This document shows, in pieces, positions 37,178-47,491 of a stretch of 64,000 nucleotides of DNA. The notes under the pieces were generated by a model. That model saw only the letters and a list, made by a program, of their open reading frames with translations. It did no database searches and was not told where the DNA came from. Within the stretch, counting starts at the first letter, position 1. Each line of letters begins with the position of its first letter. Position numbers and translations under genes: made by a program. Where the stretch lies: NCBI GenBank assembly GCA_038321755.1, contig JBBQFJ010000001.1:22584-86583 (forward strand). Reading direction: 5' to 3'. The DNA comes from Acidimicrobiia bacterium. Its GTDB lineage: Bacteria > Actinomycetota > Acidimicrobiia > IMCC26256 > PALSA-555.

Positions 37178-38349
37178 GCCGTCCCACTCCCTCTCGCCGC
37201 GCGACCCAGATACGCCCGCGCGAACCATGCCACGACGTGAGCGACCGCATCCTCACGCGGCATGAGTGGCCCGGGCTCGTGGGCGGATGTCGTGAGCCCG
37301 CGCTGCACCGACTCGCACGCGGCCCAGTCCTGGGTGTTCGTGGTGTCCCACAGCTCGACCGCGTCCTGGGCGTCGAACTCGGGCGCCGCAGCCGCGTCGC
37401 CCTCGACCAACCATTCGCAGACGATGTGGGTGCGGTCGGGAGCGATCGGCTCGAGCCGATGCGTCATCACGTAGTCGGGATGCGCACTCACCAACAGGTT
37501 CGGGAGGAGCGCGAAGTAGGCGACTCGACGACGGGCCCGGTCGTCGAGACCGGTGAGCGGTGCGGCGATCCTCCGCCCGGACATCGAGATCGACTCCGCC
37601 GCCTCGGCCAGGTCCATCCATCCGCCGACCCATGTCGGACCCGGTTCGATGTTGTCGCCACTGTCCGGTGGGCTCACTCGGCACAGCTCGGGATGGATGC
37701 GGGGGCAGTGCAGGCACTCCTGGTAGTTCTCGTGAAGCACCTTCCAGTTCGCGGCGACCACGTAATCGTGCCGTTCGACTGCGACCAGGGTTCCGGCATC
37801 GTAGGGGCCGAGGATCGGGTCGAGCCCAACGAACGCGTCACCGATCGGCGCTGCGGTGCCACCGACATCGACGAACACCCATCCGAGATGCTCGGCCGCG
37901 CGCACGGGCGCCAGCGCGAGCTCCATCGCATCGAGGTCGGCGCCACCGGTCGAGCGACGCAACGCGCCGTCGAGCTCGTAGCTCCAGCCGTGATACGAGC
38001 ACCGCACCGACGAGCGGCACGTCGAGGCTCCGACGCCGAGGAGCTCGTGCCCTCGATGTCGACACGCGTTCGCGAAGCCGCGGAGCTCGCCGTCGACGCC
38101 GCGCACGAGCAGGACCTCGCGCCCCGCGACCGCGACGGCGACCTGCGCGCCCGGCTCCCGGACGGCGGAGGCGTGCGCAACCGACACCCAACCGGCGCGG
38201 AAGATGTGCTCGAGCTCCCACGCGAACACCTCGGGATCGAGGTACGCAGCCGTCGGGAGCATGCGCGCCGCGCCGAGCGGGAGCAGCGACTGCTGGAGCT
38301 CGGCCTCCGTCAGCGGTGGCGACGGCGGCGAGGGCGCCTCCGCGCTCAC
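37174..38349 (-). CDS. Rieske [2Fe-2S] non-heme iron oxygenase, alpha subunit
   Basis: Rieske motif CRHRGHELL...CSYHGWSY, and mononuclear iron region [25 protein letters not shown] start overlaps the ABC ATPase stop (GTGA). Confidence 0.85.
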   Translation of the reverse strand: MSAEAPSPPSPPLTEAELQQSLLPLGAARMLPTAAYLDPEVFAWELEHIFRAGWVSVAHASAVREPGAQVAVAVAGREVLLVRGVDGELRGFANACRHRGHELLGVGASTCRSSVRCSYHGWSYELDGALRRSTGGADLDAMELALAPVRAAEHLGWVFVDVGGTAAPIGDAFVGLDPILGPYDAGTLVAVERHDYVVAANWKVLHENYQECLHCPRIHPELCRVSPPDSGDNIEPGPTWVGGWMDLAEAAESISMSGRRIAAPLTGLDDRARRRVAYFALLPNLLVSAHPDYVMTHRLEPIAPDRTHIVCEWLVEGDAAAAPEFDAQDAVELWDTTNTQDWAACESVQRGLTTSAHEPGPLMPREDAVAHVVAWFARAYLGRAARGSGTA

Positions 38350-39089
38350 ATCCGTCCGGCTTCGAGCGTCCGGCGGAGGAACTCCGACGTCCGCACGTGG
38401 TCGGGGTTCTTGAAGATCTTCTCGGGGGGTCCCTCTTCGATGATCTGACCCTTGTTGAGGAAGCAGACCTTGCTCGCGACGTCGCGGGCAAAGCCCATCT
38501 CGTGCGTCGCGACGATCATCGTCATCCCCTGCTCTGCGAGCTCCTGCATCATGTGCAGCACCTCGTTCACCAGCTCGGGGTCGAGCGCGCTCGTGATCTC
38601 GTCGAGGAGCATGAGCTTGGGCTGCATCGCCATCGCGCGGATGATCGCCACGCGCTGCTGTTGACCACCCGAGAGCCGGTCCGGATACTCCTTGGCCTTG
38701 TCGGCGAGCCCGATCCGCTCGAGCAACGGGAGCGCACGCGCGGTGGCGTCTTTCTTCGAGAGGTGGAGCACCTTGATCGGAGCGAGCGTCACGTTGTCGA
38801 GGACGGTCATGTGCGGGAAGAGATTGAAGGCCTGGAACACGATCCCGACATCCCGGCGCAGCCGGTTGAGCTTGATGTCGTCCTGGATCACCTCGCGCCC
38901 ATCGACGGTGATCGAACCGCTCTGTGTCGCCTCGAGCCCGTTGATGCAGCGCAGCAAGGTGGACTTGCCCGAACCGGACGCACCGATCAGGCAGACGACC
39001 TGGTGCTCCTCGACATCCAGGTCGATCTCGTCGAGCACCGTGTTCGTACCGAATCGCTTGGTGATCCCGCGGACCTGGACGAACGCCAT
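38346..39089 (-). CDS. polar amino acid ABC transporter ATP-binding protein
   Basis: 247 aa, GlnQ/HisP-like: [35 protein letters not shown]. Confidence 0.9.
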   Translation of the reverse strand: MAFVQVRGITKRFGTNTVLDEIDLDVEEHQVVCLIGASGSGKSTLLRCINGLEATQSGSITVDGREVIQDDIKLNRLRRDVGIVFQAFNLFPHMTVLDNVTLAPIKVLHLSKKDATARALPLLERIGLADKAKEYPDRLSGGQQQRVAIIRAMAMQPKLMLLDEITSALDPELVNEVLHMMQELAEQGMTMIVATHEMGFARDVASKVCFLNKGQIIEEGPPEKIFKNPDHVRTSEFLRRTLEAGRM

Positions 39090-39090
39090 C

Positions 39091-40212
39091 TCAACCCACC
39101 GCCTGTGTGCGCTGCTGGTCGCGCTTCACGAGGTAGTCGGTGAAGCGCGTCATCGGAATGGTGACGACCAGGAAGCAGATGCCGAGCCCGGTCACGGACG
39201 ACAGGTTGAAGTTGTTGCCCGCGTAGATGCGGGCGATGTTGAAGCCTTCGAGCACACCGAGGACGTTCAGGAGTGCGGTGTCCTTCTGGAGCCCGATGAA
39301 GTCGTTCATCAAGGGTGGGATCACGCGGCGGACGGCTTGCGGCACGATCACGAACCGCAAGGTCTGCCCCTGCGAGAGCCCGAGGCCGCGGGCCGCGCCG
39401 CGCTGGCTCCAGTGGATGCTCTCGATCCCGGAGCGGTAGACCTCGGCGACGTACGCGCCGTACACGAGCGTGAGCGAGAGCACCCCGAGGATGAAGAGCT
39501 GATCGATCTGGATGCCGAGCACCGTGAAGTCGACGTCCGCGGTGTCCTTGATGATCGGGAGCTGGGTGAGGGGGAGCCCGAACCCGACCAGGTAGATCGT
39601 CACGATTGCGGGCAGACCGCGGAAGACATCGACGTAGACGATCGCGAACCAACGGAGGGGGGCGGCGGCGCGGCCGGGGAGCTGCCGCATGATCGCGACG
39701 AGCATTCCCCAGAAGAGCACGAGGACCTCGGCGACCACGAAGATCGCGATGTTGAGCTTGAACCCGTCGAACACCTCTCCGAAGGAGTCCTTGATGTGGT
39801 CCCAGGAGAAGAACGTGTCGCCGACGTCGTTCAGCCCCTTCCACGACGCCCAGATGACGAGCCCGAGCGCGAGCATCACTGCGAGGCTGATCGCACCGAC
39901 CGCGACGCGGCGCGCGAGGCGTGAACGCTGTTCGTCGACGACCGGCCCGTCCGTGTCGACGACGCGCGCCTCGGCCCGGCGACCGTACGTGAGCCCGATC
40001 ACCGCCAGCGGGACGGTGAGCAGGAAGTAGGCGAGGAACCCGTTGTCGGACCGGTTGTAACGAACCGCGGCAATCGCCGCTCCGGCGAGGACGACGACGA
40101 CGACGAGGGCGGCAAACGCGATCGCCCGCCACGAACGCCGACGGTTCGTCCTGGTCAACTTGTCGGCGCGGGGCTTCTTCCCCGGCGCGGGCGCCGTCGG
40201 CTCCGCACGCAC
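39091..40212 (-). CDS. amino acid ABC transporter permease (His/Glu/Gln/Arg/opine type) with long N-terminal extension
   Basis: The C-terminal ~220 aa match HisM/GlnP-like permeases (EAA-like loop [16 protein letters not shown]). The first ~120-150 aa add extra hydrophobic helices. Confidence 0.85.
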   Translation of the reverse strand: MRAEPTAPAPGKKPRADKLTRTNRRRSWRAIAFAALVVVVVLAGAAIAAVRYNRSDNGFLAYFLLTVPLAVIGLTYGRRAEARVVDTDGPVVDEQRSRLARRVAVGAISLAVMLALGLVIWASWKGLNDVGDTFFSWDHIKDSFGEVFDGFKLNIAIFVVAEVLVLFWGMLVAIMRQLPGRAAAPLRWFAIVYVDVFRGLPAIVTIYLVGFGLPLTQLPIIKDTADVDFTVLGIQIDQLFILGVLSLTLVYGAYVAEVYRSGIESIHWSQRGAARGLGLSQGQTLRFVIVPQAVRRVIPPLMNDFIGLQKDTALLNVLGVLEGFNIARIYAGNNFNLSSVTGLGICFLVVTIPMTRFTDYLVKRDQQRTQAVG

Positions 40213-40291
40213 GTCGGTCAGGAGACTGCCTCCATGCTCACGAGAGGCCCGGCGCTTCGATCACGCCGGGCCTCCCTGCGAGCGAGCTCGC

Positions 40292-41113
40292 TCAGAGCTT
40301 GATGTACGGGACCTGGGTCGGGTCGCCCCCGAACTCGGCGACGAGGTTGTCCTGGATGAGCTGGTCGAGCGTGCCGTCGGCCTTCAACCCCTTGATCGCG
40401 GTGTTCACCTTCGGGAGCAGCTTCGAGCCCTTGGGGAAGATCGCGCCGTAGAGACCGGTGTTCGTACGGAACTGGCCGACCACCTCGAACTTGCCGTTGG
40501 ACTCGGCCGCCTGCTGGAGCAGGATCGACGTGTCGGTGGTGACGGCGTCGACCTGACCGGCCTGGAGCGCGGCAAACATCTGGGAGGTCTCCTGGTACAC
40601 GCGGGGCTTCGTCGTCACCTTGAGCTTGTCGTTGAGGAACGCCTGCTGGGTGGTCCCGGTCTGGACACCCCACTTGATCTTGCGCGCCGTAGCCGCGTCC
40701 GGCACCTTGTCCCCCGCATTGACCATGATCCCGTTGTCGGAGCGGAAGTACGGCGTCGAGAACGCGACGACCTTGGCGCGCTCCGGTGTGATGCTGGCCT
40801 GCGAGAGCGCGAAGTCGAAGCCCTTCGCCTTGCCGGCCACCAGCGCGTCGAACGAGACGCTGATCACCTTCACGCCCGAGTACCCGAGCTTGTCGGCGAT
40901 GTCCTTCGCCATCTCGTACTCGAACCCACCGGTGATGGTGGAGGGCGTGTCTCCGTCCCAGAAGCCGGGCGCGGGCAGGTTCGTTGCGACCTTGAGCTCA
41001 CCCTTGCCGGACTGGGCGCCGGCCGGGGCTGCGACCAGGGCGCCGGCGACCAGGCCGACCGCCAACATGGCACCAAAGAGCTTTCTCACGTGAACACTCC
41101 CCTTCGAGATCAT
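40292..41113 (-). CDS. amino acid ABC transporter substrate-binding protein (family 3)
   Basis: 273 aa with a signal peptide. SBP_bac_3 pattern (LKVATNLPAPGF, GFDFALSQASITPER, DAVTTD). Confidence 0.85.
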   Translation of the reverse strand: MISKGSVHVRKLFGAMLAVGLVAGALVAAPAGAQSGKGELKVATNLPAPGFWDGDTPSTITGGFEYEMAKDIADKLGYSGVKVISVSFDALVAGKAKGFDFALSQASITPERAKVVAFSTPYFRSDNGIMVNAGDKVPDAATARKIKWGVQTGTTQQAFLNDKLKVTTKPRVYQETSQMFAALQAGQVDAVTTDTSILLQQAAESNGKFEVVGQFRTNTGLYGAIFPKGSKLLPKVNTAIKGLKADGTLDQLIQDNLVAEFGGDPTQVPYIKL

Positions 41114-41184
41114 GAACAGGTCAGCAACCTAGCCCCGCGCCCCGCCGGCGCAAAGGTCGGGTTGCTCCTCGTAACCTGAACGTC

Positions 41185-42690
41185 ATGCGTGAGCTCCAGC
41201 ACTGGGTGGGGGGCAAGGAGTGGGCGGGCGCCAGCGGGCGTGCCGGCGACGTGTTCGACCCGGCGACCGGTGCCGTAACGGGTCGGGTGCCCTTGGCCCA
41301 CGCCGCGGACGTGGGCGTCGCGGTCGACGCCGCGGCCGACGCGTTCGCCGAGTGGCGCGACACCCCGGTCGGGCGCCGGGCCCGCGTGCTCTTCGCGTTC
41401 CGGGAGATCGCCGACCGCCACCAGGACGACCTCGCTCACGTCGTGAGTGCCGAGCACGGCAAGGTGGTGTCCGACGCGCGGGGCGAGGTCGCTCGTGGCC
41501 TCGAGGTGGTCGAGTTCGCGTGTGGCATCCCACACCTGCTGAAAGGCGCGTACTCCGAGCAGGTGTCGACCGAGACCGACGTCCACTCGATCCGCCAGCC
41601 CCTCGGCGTGTGCGTCGGGATCACGCCGTTCAACTTCCCGGCGATGGTCCCGATGTGGATGTGGCCGGTGGCGATCGCCTGCGGGAACACCTTCGTGCTC
41701 AAGCCCTCCGAGCGCGACCCGTCGGCCTCGATGCTCGTCGCGCAATGGCTCGCCGACGCCGGGCTTCCGGCCGGAGTGTTCAACGTCGTGCACGGCGACA
41801 AGGTCGCCGTCGACGCGCTGCTGAGCCATCCCGACGTGCGCGCGGTGAGCTTCGTCGGCTCCACGCCGATCGCTCGGTACGTGTACGAGACCGCGGCCGC
41901 GAGCGGCAAGCGCGTGCAGGCCCTCGGTGGCGCGAAGAACCACATGGTCGTGCTGCCCGACGCCGAGCTCGACGTCGCCGCTGACGCGGCCGTCAGCGCG
42001 GGCTACGGCTCTGCGGGCGAACGGTGCATGGCGATCTCGGTGGTCGTCGCCGTCGGTGAGATCGCCGACCCGCTCGTCGACGCGATCCGCGCCCGCACGG
42101 AAGGGCTCGTGATCGGACCGGGGAGCGATCCCGAGTCCGAGATGGGGCCGCTGGTCACCGCCGTGCATCGCGACAAGGTGGCGGCATACGTGGACGCGGG
42201 CGTCGAGGCCGGCGCGTCGCTGGTGATCGACGGGCGAGCGCTCACGGTCGCCGGTCACGAAGACGGGTTCTTCCTCGGCCCCTGCCTGTTCGACCGGGTC
42301 ACGCCCGAGATGAGCATCTATCGCGACGAGATCTTCGGGCCGGTGCTGATGGTCGTTCGGGTCGACACCTACGAGGCCGCGGCGCAGCTCCTGTCCGACA
42401 ACCCGTACGCGAACGGCGTCGCGATCTTCACGCGCGACGGTGGCGCCGCACGGCGCTTCGAGCGCGAGGTCGACGCAGGGATGGTCGGCGTGAACGTGCC
42501 GATCCCCGTGCCGATGGCGTACTACTCGTTCGGCGGGTGGAAGCAGAGCTTGTTCGGGGACACGCACGTGCACGGTCCCGAGGGTGTCCACTTCTACACG
42601 CGCGGCAAGGTCGTCACGAGCCGCTGGGCCGACCCGGCGCGTGCCACCCGAGGGCAGGGCCGCCCGGACCTCGGTTTCCCCACCACGTGA
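41185..42690 (+). CDS. mmsA: CoA-acylating methylmalonate-semialdehyde dehydrogenase
   Basis: 501 aa. Segments [42 protein letters not shown], catalytic Cys in GERCMA and [13 protein letters not shown] are typical of MmsA. Confidence 0.85.
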   Translation: MRELQHWVGGKEWAGASGRAGDVFDPATGAVTGRVPLAHAADVGVAVDAAADAFAEWRDTPVGRRARVLFAFREIADRHQDDLAHVVSAEHGKVVSDARGEVARGLEVVEFACGIPHLLKGAYSEQVSTETDVHSIRQPLGVCVGITPFNFPAMVPMWMWPVAIACGNTFVLKPSERDPSASMLVAQWLADAGLPAGVFNVVHGDKVAVDALLSHPDVRAVSFVGSTPIARYVYETAAASGKRVQALGGAKNHMVVLPDAELDVAADAAVSAGYGSAGERCMAISVVVAVGEIADPLVDAIRARTEGLVIGPGSDPESEMGPLVTAVHRDKVAAYVDAGVEAGASLVIDGRALTVAGHEDGFFLGPCLFDRVTPEMSIYRDEIFGPVLMVVRVDTYEAAAQLLSDNPYANGVAIFTRDGGAARRFEREVDAGMVGVNVPIPVPMAYYSFGGWKQSLFGDTHVHGPEGVHFYTRGKVVTSRWADPARATRGQGRPDLGFPTT

Positions 42691-44258
42691 GCGCCGCGGG
42701 GGATCCGGACGCCATCGTGATCGGCGCGGGACCGAACGGGCTCGTCGCTGCGAACCTGCTCGCGGACGCTGGGTGGAAGGTTCTCGTCCTCGAGGCACAC
42801 GCCGAGCCCGGTGGTGCGGTTCGCAGCGCGGAGCTCGCGGCGCCTGGCTTCGTCGCCGATGTGTGCAGCTCCTGCTACCCGCTCGGCGTCGCATCGCCCG
42901 TCCTCCAGCGACTCGAGCTCGAGCGATTCGGTCTGCGGTGGTCGCACGCGCCCCTCGCGCTCGCTCATCCGACCCCCGACGGTTGCGTGCTGGTGGATCC
43001 CGCGGACCGCGACGCGACCGCGGCGTCGGTCGACGCGTTCGCTCCCGGTGACGGCAAGGTCTGGGAGCGTCTCATGGCGCGCTGGGATCGCGCCGGCAGC
43101 GAAGTCCTCGACGCGCTCTTCTCTCCCTTTCCCCCGGTGCGAGCGGCGATTCGCGCCGGGCGCGCGATCGGGGTGCGCGACCTCCCGGGCTTCACCCACA
43201 TGTCGCTCGCGTCGCTCGACCGAGTTGCGCGCCAGTTCGACGGAGTGGGTGGCCAGCTCCTCCTCGCCGGGAACCTCGCCCACACCGATCTGACGCTGTC
43301 GGCGGCCACCGGTGGGATCTACGGCTGGCTGCTCGCGTGTCTCGCGCAGTCCGTCGGCTTCCCGGTGGTGGAGGGGGGCGCCGGGAACCTGACCGGAGCG
43401 CTCGTCGCGCGCCTCGTCGCCGCAGGAGGAGCGGTGCGCTGCGGAGCTCCGGTCACCCGAGTCATCGTGAGCAAGGGGACGGCCCAGGGCGTCGAGACTC
43501 AGGACGGCACCGAGATCCGCGCCAGCCGGGCGGTCCTCGCCGACACGTCCGTGCCGTCGCTGTACGCGGAGCTCCTCGATGGCGAGGACGCGGACCGCCG
43601 TCTCCGCCGCTCCCTCCGGCGGTTCCGATGGGATCACGCGACGGTCAAGGTCGACTGGGCGCTGCGAGGCCCGATCCCGTGGATCGCCGAGCCGGCGCGG
43701 CGGTCGTGCGTCGTGCACCTCACCGACTCGCTCGACGCGCTCCGGACCGCGGGGAAGCAGCTCGAGGATCACCTCGTCCCGGCCGAGCCGTTCCTCATCG
43801 TCGGCCAGACCACCACCGCGGACGCGAGCCGGTCCGCGCCCGGGACGGAGGCGGCGTGGGCCTACACGCATGTGCCGCAGGAGATCCACGGCGACGCGGG
43901 CGACGACGACATCACCGGTGCGTGGGACGAGCGCGACGCGAACCGGATGGCCGATCGGCTCGAAGCCGAGATCGAGCGTCGGGCGCCCGGCTTCCGCGCG
44001 CTCGTGCAGGCGCGCCACCTCCACACTCCGGTGACCCTCCAAGCGCTCGACGCCAACCTCGAAGGGGGCGCCGTGAACGGGGGCACGGCCGCGCTCCGTC
44101 AACAGCTGTTCCTCCGTCCGTCATTGTCCGTGCACGGCGGTGTGCGGACACCGGTCCGGGGTCTCTACCTGGCGTCGGCGGGCGCCCACCCGGGTGGCGG
44201 GGTGCACGGAGCATGTGGCGCGAACGCCGCGCACGCCGCGCTCCGCGGCGCACGCTGA
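42687..44258 (+). CDS. CrtI/phytoene-desaturase-family NAD(P)/FAD-dependent oxidoreductase (paralog B)
   Basis: GTG at 42687 overlaps the mmsA stop (GTGA). Segments [22 protein letters not shown] and the C-terminal [17 protein letters not shown]. Confidence 0.75.
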   Translation: MSAAGDPDAIVIGAGPNGLVAANLLADAGWKVLVLEAHAEPGGAVRSAELAAPGFVADVCSSCYPLGVASPVLQRLELERFGLRWSHAPLALAHPTPDGCVLVDPADRDATAASVDAFAPGDGKVWERLMARWDRAGSEVLDALFSPFPPVRAAIRAGRAIGVRDLPGFTHMSLASLDRVARQFDGVGGQLLLAGNLAHTDLTLSAATGGIYGWLLACLAQSVGFPVVEGGAGNLTGALVARLVAAGGAVRCGAPVTRVIVSKGTAQGVETQDGTEIRASRAVLADTSVPSLYAELLDGEDADRRLRRSLRRFRWDHATVKVDWALRGPIPWIAEPARRSCVVHLTDSLDALRTAGKQLEDHLVPAEPFLIVGQTTTADASRSAPGTEAAWAYTHVPQEIHGDAGDDDITGAWDERDANRMADRLEAEIERRAPGFRALVQARHLHTPVTLQALDANLEGGAVNGGTAALRQQLFLRPSLSVHGGVRTPVRGLYLASAGAHPGGGVHGACGANAAHAALRGAR

Positions 44259-44299
44259 CCATCCACGAGCGCCCGGGGCCCGAACGGTAGGTTCGAGAC

Positions 44300-44722
44300 A
44301 TGGTCAGGCAGTGCTCCCGTCCAGGATGCAGCGCCCAGGCCGTCGCGTCGTTCAACTTCGACGGTCTCGAGCGCGTCGTCTGGCTCGGTCCGCTCGCGAG
44401 CGTCCGTGCGCTTTCGGCCGGCGACCTCTGCCGACGGCACGCCGACCGCCTTCGCCCGCCGCTCCACTGGGAGCTGCGCGACGCCCGGTCTGCTTCGGCG
44501 ACGAACGCCTCGACCGCGCCGCTCGCTCCGAGTCGACACGTCGCACCGGTCTCGCCGCCGCCGGAGCGCTTGCCGTTCGCACCGAAGCAGGTACGACCGG
44601 CTGCCGCCGTCCAGGTGGTCGCCGCGCGCGCCGACGCGCCCGGCCCCAGCAGCAGGCCGCGCCCGGCCAACGCACCGGCCACGACGCCGATGCTGGCGCG
44701 CGCCTTCCGCGCCGCCGGCTGA
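44300..44722 (+). CDS. DUF3499 domain protein
   Basis: N-terminus CSRPGCSAQAVASFNFDGLERVVWLGPL...LCRRHADRLRPPLHWELRD is the conserved DUF3499 core. The C-terminal half is low complexity. Confidence 0.65.
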   Translation: MVRQCSRPGCSAQAVASFNFDGLERVVWLGPLASVRALSAGDLCRRHADRLRPPLHWELRDARSASATNASTAPLAPSRHVAPVSPPPERLPFAPKQVRPAAAVQVVAARADAPGPSSRPRPANAPATTPMLARAFRAAG

Positions 44723-44740
44723 CCCGGCTCCACCGGCCGG

Positions 44741-46183
44741 GTGGACGACTTCGCGTGGCTGGACGCGACTGCGCAGGCCGAGCTCGTCCGAACGGGTGAT
44801 GTCACCCCGTCCGAGCTGCTCGAGGCTGCGCTGACCCGCATCGAAGCCCTGAACCCGGCGCTCAACGCCGTGATCTACGACCGCTCCACGAAGGCACGGG
44901 CCGAGGCGGCCGACCCTGCACTCCCGGACGGGCCGTTCCGTGGCGTGCCCTTCCTCATCAAGGACTGCGTCGCGCACACCGCCGGCGATCCGTACCACTG
45001 CGGCATGCAGGTGCTGAAGGACGCCGGGTGGGTCGAGCCCGAGGACACATGGCTCGTCGAGCGCTTCCGCGCCGCGGGCTTCGTGATCTGTGGGAAGACC
45101 AACCTGCCCGAGCTCGCGACGTCGGTCACGACCGAACCGGTCGCGTACGGCGCGACCCACAACCCTTGGGACCTCGACCGTTCACCCGGCGGCTCGAGCG
45201 GAGGGGCGGGCGCAGCAGTCGCGTCCGGCATGGTGCCCGTCGCGCACGGGAACGACATGGGCGGTTCCATCCGATTCCCCGCATCGATGTGCGGGATCGT
45301 CGGGCTCAAGCCGTCGCGTGCGCGCACGACGCTCGGGCCCGACTTCGGCGAGTACTGGGCGATGACGACGCACGAGCACGTGCTCACGCGCACCGTGCGA
45401 GACACCGCCGGCGTGCTCGACGCGACCGCGGGCGCGGGAGTCGGCGATCCGTACACCGCGCCGCCGCCAGCGCGCCCGTTCCTCGACGAGGTCGGTGCCG
45501 AGCCCGGCCAGCTCCGCATCGGGTTCCGCACGATGCTCGCCGGCAATCGTGAGGAGGCGCATCCGGACTGCATCGAAGCGGTGCGCGTCGCGTGCAACCT
45601 CCTCGAGGGGCTCGGGCACGCAGTCGAGGCGACGGACTTCGATCAGCTCGACGACCCGCGCTTCTCCGAAGCGATCCCGGTCGCGTTCCCCGTGTTCGTT
45701 GCACGGGAGCTCGATCGGTGGAGCGAGAAGCTCGGTCGGGACATCGCGCTGTCGGAGCTCGAGCCGTGGAACGCGTTCGAGGCCGAGCTCGGTCGGGCGA
45801 CCAGCGCGAGCGCCTACGTGGCGGCGCTGGAGAAGGCCCAGGGGTACGGACGGAACCTCGCCACGTGGTGGGCGAACGGGTACGACGTGCTCGTCACTCC
45901 GACGCTCGGGAGCCCACCCTTCCCGCTCGGACACCTGAGCAACGACGTCGACCCTTTGGAGGGGCTGATGCGCCTGGCCGGGCTGACCAGCTTCTCGATG
46001 CCCTTCAACGTGAGCGGCCAGCCGGCGATCTCGCTCCCGTTGCACTGGAACGCGGAGGGCCTGCCGATCGGCGTCCAGCTCGTCGCGGCGTACGGACGCG
46101 AGGACGTGCTGCTGCGGGTGGCGAGTCAGCTCGAGCAGGTCCAACCGTGGGCTGATCGTCACCCGCCGGTGTCCGCCTCCTGA
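44741..46183 (+). CDS. amidase (amidase-signature family)
   Basis: 480 aa. AS signature GGSSGGAGAAVASGMVPVAHGNDMGGSIRFPAS. Confidence 0.85.
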   Translation: MDDFAWLDATAQAELVRTGDVTPSELLEAALTRIEALNPALNAVIYDRSTKARAEAADPALPDGPFRGVPFLIKDCVAHTAGDPYHCGMQVLKDAGWVEPEDTWLVERFRAAGFVICGKTNLPELATSVTTEPVAYGATHNPWDLDRSPGGSSGGAGAAVASGMVPVAHGNDMGGSIRFPASMCGIVGLKPSRARTTLGPDFGEYWAMTTHEHVLTRTVRDTAGVLDATAGAGVGDPYTAPPPARPFLDEVGAEPGQLRIGFRTMLAGNREEAHPDCIEAVRVACNLLEGLGHAVEATDFDQLDDPRFSEAIPVAFPVFVARELDRWSEKLGRDIALSELEPWNAFEAELGRATSASAYVAALEKAQGYGRNLATWWANGYDVLVTPTLGSPPFPLGHLSNDVDPLEGLMRLAGLTSFSMPFNVSGQPAISLPLHWNAEGLPIGVQLVAAYGREDVLLRVASQLEQVQPWADRHPPVSAS

Positions 46184-46200
46184 GGAGGATCTCGCGCCAC

Positions 46201-46228
46201 CCCGACCCCGACCCGACCCCGACCCCGG
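46201..46228. repeat. 11-bp tandem repeat, about 2.5 copies (CCCGACCCCGA)
   Basis: Lies in the amidase to DJ-1 spacer, just upstream of the GGAAGGA Shine-Dalgarno and the GTG at 46239. Confidence 0.8.
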
Positions 46229-46238
46229 AAGGACCACC

Positions 46239-46883
46239 GTGCAGGTTGCCATCGCGCTCTTCCCCCGGCTCACCGCACTCGACGCCATCGGCCCCTACGA
46301 GGTGCTCCAACGCGTGCCCGAGCTCGACGTCGTCTTCGTCGGCGAGGAGCGCGGCGAGGTGCGCACCGAGAACGGATTCCTCGGGCTCACGGTCGACGCC
46401 ACGTTCGACGAGGTGCCCCGCCCCGACGTGGTGCTGGTGCCCGGTGGCATCGGGAGTCGCGCCTTCACCGACGGCGGTCCGATCGTCGACTGGGTCCGGT
46501 CCGCCCACCCGACGACCCGATACACGACGTCGGTCTGCACCGGCTCCCTCGTGCTCGGCGCCGCGGGCCTCCTGGACGGCCTCACCGCGACGACGCACTG
46601 GGCGTGCATGGAGGAGCTGCGCCCGTTCGGCGCGGTGCCCACGACGGAACGGATCATCGAGCACCTCGGCGAGCGCATCGTGATGGCAGCCGGCGTCTCC
46701 TCCGGGATCGACATGGCGCTGCGTCTCGTGCAGCTCCTCGTCGACGACATCGGCGCCCGCGCCGCGCAGCTCATGATCGAGTACGACCCGGCACCGCCCT
46801 TCGATGCCGGCCACCCCACGCGCGCTGACATCGACGACGACGTGATGACCCGCGTCGTCGAGTGGGCCGGCCTCCGCAGCTGA
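46239..46883 (+). CDS. DJ-1/PfpI family protein
   Basis: 214 aa. Nucleophile-elbow Cys in SVCTGSLVLGAAGLL and flavodoxin-like layout. GTG start. Confidence 0.8.
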   Translation: MQVAIALFPRLTALDAIGPYEVLQRVPELDVVFVGEERGEVRTENGFLGLTVDATFDEVPRPDVVLVPGGIGSRAFTDGGPIVDWVRSAHPTTRYTTSVCTGSLVLGAAGLLDGLTATTHWACMEELRPFGAVPTTERIIEHLGERIVMAAGVSSGIDMALRLVQLLVDDIGARAAQLMIEYDPAPPFDAGHPTRADIDDDVMTRVVEWAGLRS

Positions 46884-46907
46884 GCGACCCTCCGCGTAAG
46901 GTCGGGT

Positions 46908-47336
46908 ATGCCTTCCGTCGCCGCGTTCGCCATCGTGGTTGCCGATATGGGTCGCAGCGTCGCCTTCTACCGGGCGCTCGGGCTCCCCGTCCCCGACGGC
47001 GCCGATTCGGCGCCCCACGCAGAGATCGACCTCGGCGGCGGGATCCGGTTCCTCATCGACACCCAGAGCACGATCCGCTCGTTCGACCGGTCGTGGATCA
47101 CGCCCACGGGTTCGGCCCGCGCGGGCCTGGCGCTCGAATGCACCGATCCCGCCGAGGTCGACAGCACCTACGCGTCCATGGTCGAACGCGGATTCGCCGG
47201 GCATCTCGCACCCTGGGACGCCTTCTGGGGTCAGCGCTACGCGACCCTGCACGATCCCGACGGCAACACCGTCGATTTGTTCGCGCCGCTGCCCCTGTCA
47301 CCAACAACTGACCCCGCGGGCGCCCACGACGAGTGA
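46908..47336 (+). CDS. VOC (glyoxalase/bleomycin-resistance/dioxygenase) family protein
   Basis: 142 aa. The paired beta-alpha-beta-beta-beta pattern and FWGQRYATLHDPDGNTVDLF are typical of VOC proteins. Confidence 0.75.
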   Translation: MPSVAAFAIVVADMGRSVAFYRALGLPVPDGADSAPHAEIDLGGGIRFLIDTQSTIRSFDRSWITPTGSARAGLALECTDPAEVDSTYASMVERGFAGHLAPWDAFWGQRYATLHDPDGNTVDLFAPLPLSPTTDPAGAHDE

Positions 47337-47365
47337 GCGGCACTCGCGTACCCGTGCAGATGCAG

Positions 47366-47438
47366 CGCGCTCGGAGGGATTCGAACCCCCAACCTTCTGA
47401 TCCGTAGTCAGATGCTCTATCCGTTGAGCTACGAGCGC
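47366..47438 (-). tRNA. tRNA-Arg (anticodon ACG)
   Basis: The reverse complement folds as a 73-nt cloverleaf: acceptor GCGCTCG/CGAGCGC, D arm GCTC-AACGGATA-GAGC, anticodon arm TCTGA-CTACGGA-TCAGA, T arm GGGGG-TTCGAAT-CCCTC, discriminator G. No encoded CCA. Confidence 0.9.
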
Positions 47439-47491
47439 AGGTCGTGCAGGAGCAAGTGTACGCGCCGTTGCCGCGGACGCTGCTGCCGGAG

